This document shows positions 63,570 through 64,000 of a stretch of 64,000 bases of DNA, in pieces. The notes under the pieces are model-generated. The model searched no databases and was not told where the DNA came from. It was given only the letters and a program-made list of their open reading frames with translations. The stretch is taken from assembly GCF_003334355.1 (NCBI RefSeq), contig NZ_QOWP01000014.1; one strand, 5' to 3'. The first letter of the stretch is position 1; each line of letters opens with the position of its first letter. The stretch comes from Escherichia coli (lineage in GTDB: Bacteria > Pseudomonadota > Gammaproteobacteria > Enterobacterales > Enterobacteriaceae). Both the position numbers and the translations under genes were made by a program.

Positions 63570-64000
63570 ACTTAACTCCACTGTCACACTTAACTCCCTT
63601 TCCCTTATTGGAATGCAGAGAAATAATCCTCGAGAATATGATTTATCATGCATATAAAATAAGAAAAAGGAAAATGAGTAAAATTAGGAAAACATAAAGA
63701 TACGGGTTCTGATAAAAACAGAATCCATTGCCGTGGAATGAGTCATTTACCACAGCATAATAATCCATAATGTTTTTGTTGCGAAAACAATCTAATCATA
63801 ACTACCGCGAATACTCAATCATCTACAAAATGGATTAAATGTGCTTATTTAATAATTAATTTATATATTTAATGCATTAATTCTTAACATTAATTGATCA
63901 ATAATATTCACCAAATCAATATCAAAAAAAATCGCAAAACATATAATTCAATACAAATCATCAGGATAGGTTTTGCAACGCGTGCATTTTGTCCCCTTTT
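63570..64000. promoter_or_regulatory. AT-rich leuO upstream regulatory region (probable H-NS-bound promoter region)
   Basis: Very AT-rich sequence with short A/T-tract repeats upstream of leuO; leuO is a known H-NS-silenced gene. Confidence 0.45.

Overview
This 64-kb window reads as conserved Escherichia coli core chromosome, in reverse-complement orientation relative to the usual K-12 map, running from rpnC(yadD)-panD at the window start to leuO at the window end. All identifications are from reading the supplied ORF translations and sequence against recalled E. coli proteins; no database search or alignment was run. I call 54 protein-coding genes with almost no unassigned coding space: rpnC, panD, yadE-yadI-yadH-yadG, can, hpt, gcd, cueO, yacC, speE-speD, yacL, acnB, yacH, lpd-aceF-aceE-pdhR, aroP, ampE-ampD, nadC, ppdD-hofB-hofC, guaC, coaE-zapD-yacG, mutT, secA-secM, the complete dcw cell-wall/division cluster (lpxC, ftsZ, ftsA, ftsQ, ddlB, murC, murG, ftsW, murD, mraY, murF, murE, ftsI, ftsL, rsmH, mraZ), cra, ilvH-ilvI and leuO. 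Several ORF-track entries are N-terminally over-extended and were trimmed to the start codon matching the known protein (GTG for acnB, secM and cra; TTG for speD). Gene lengths and spacing appear colinear with K-12, but small differences (mutT C-terminus, secM residues, a short rpnC) suggest a different strain. I found no tRNA, rRNA, CRISPR array, IS element, prophage or defence island, and no convincing previously undescribed system. Non-coding features I could read directly are two REP/BIME clusters, about ten hairpin terminators, the CueR, PdhR, TyrR and MraZ operators, and the SecM arrest motif. The observations most worth a second look are the repeat-rich, His/Asp-rich uncharacterised protein YacH, an orphan plus-strand terminator-like hairpin in the 600-bp cra-mraZ gap, the apparently short rpnC at the window edge, mutT ending inside a REP element, and the uncharacterised yadGHIE cluster.
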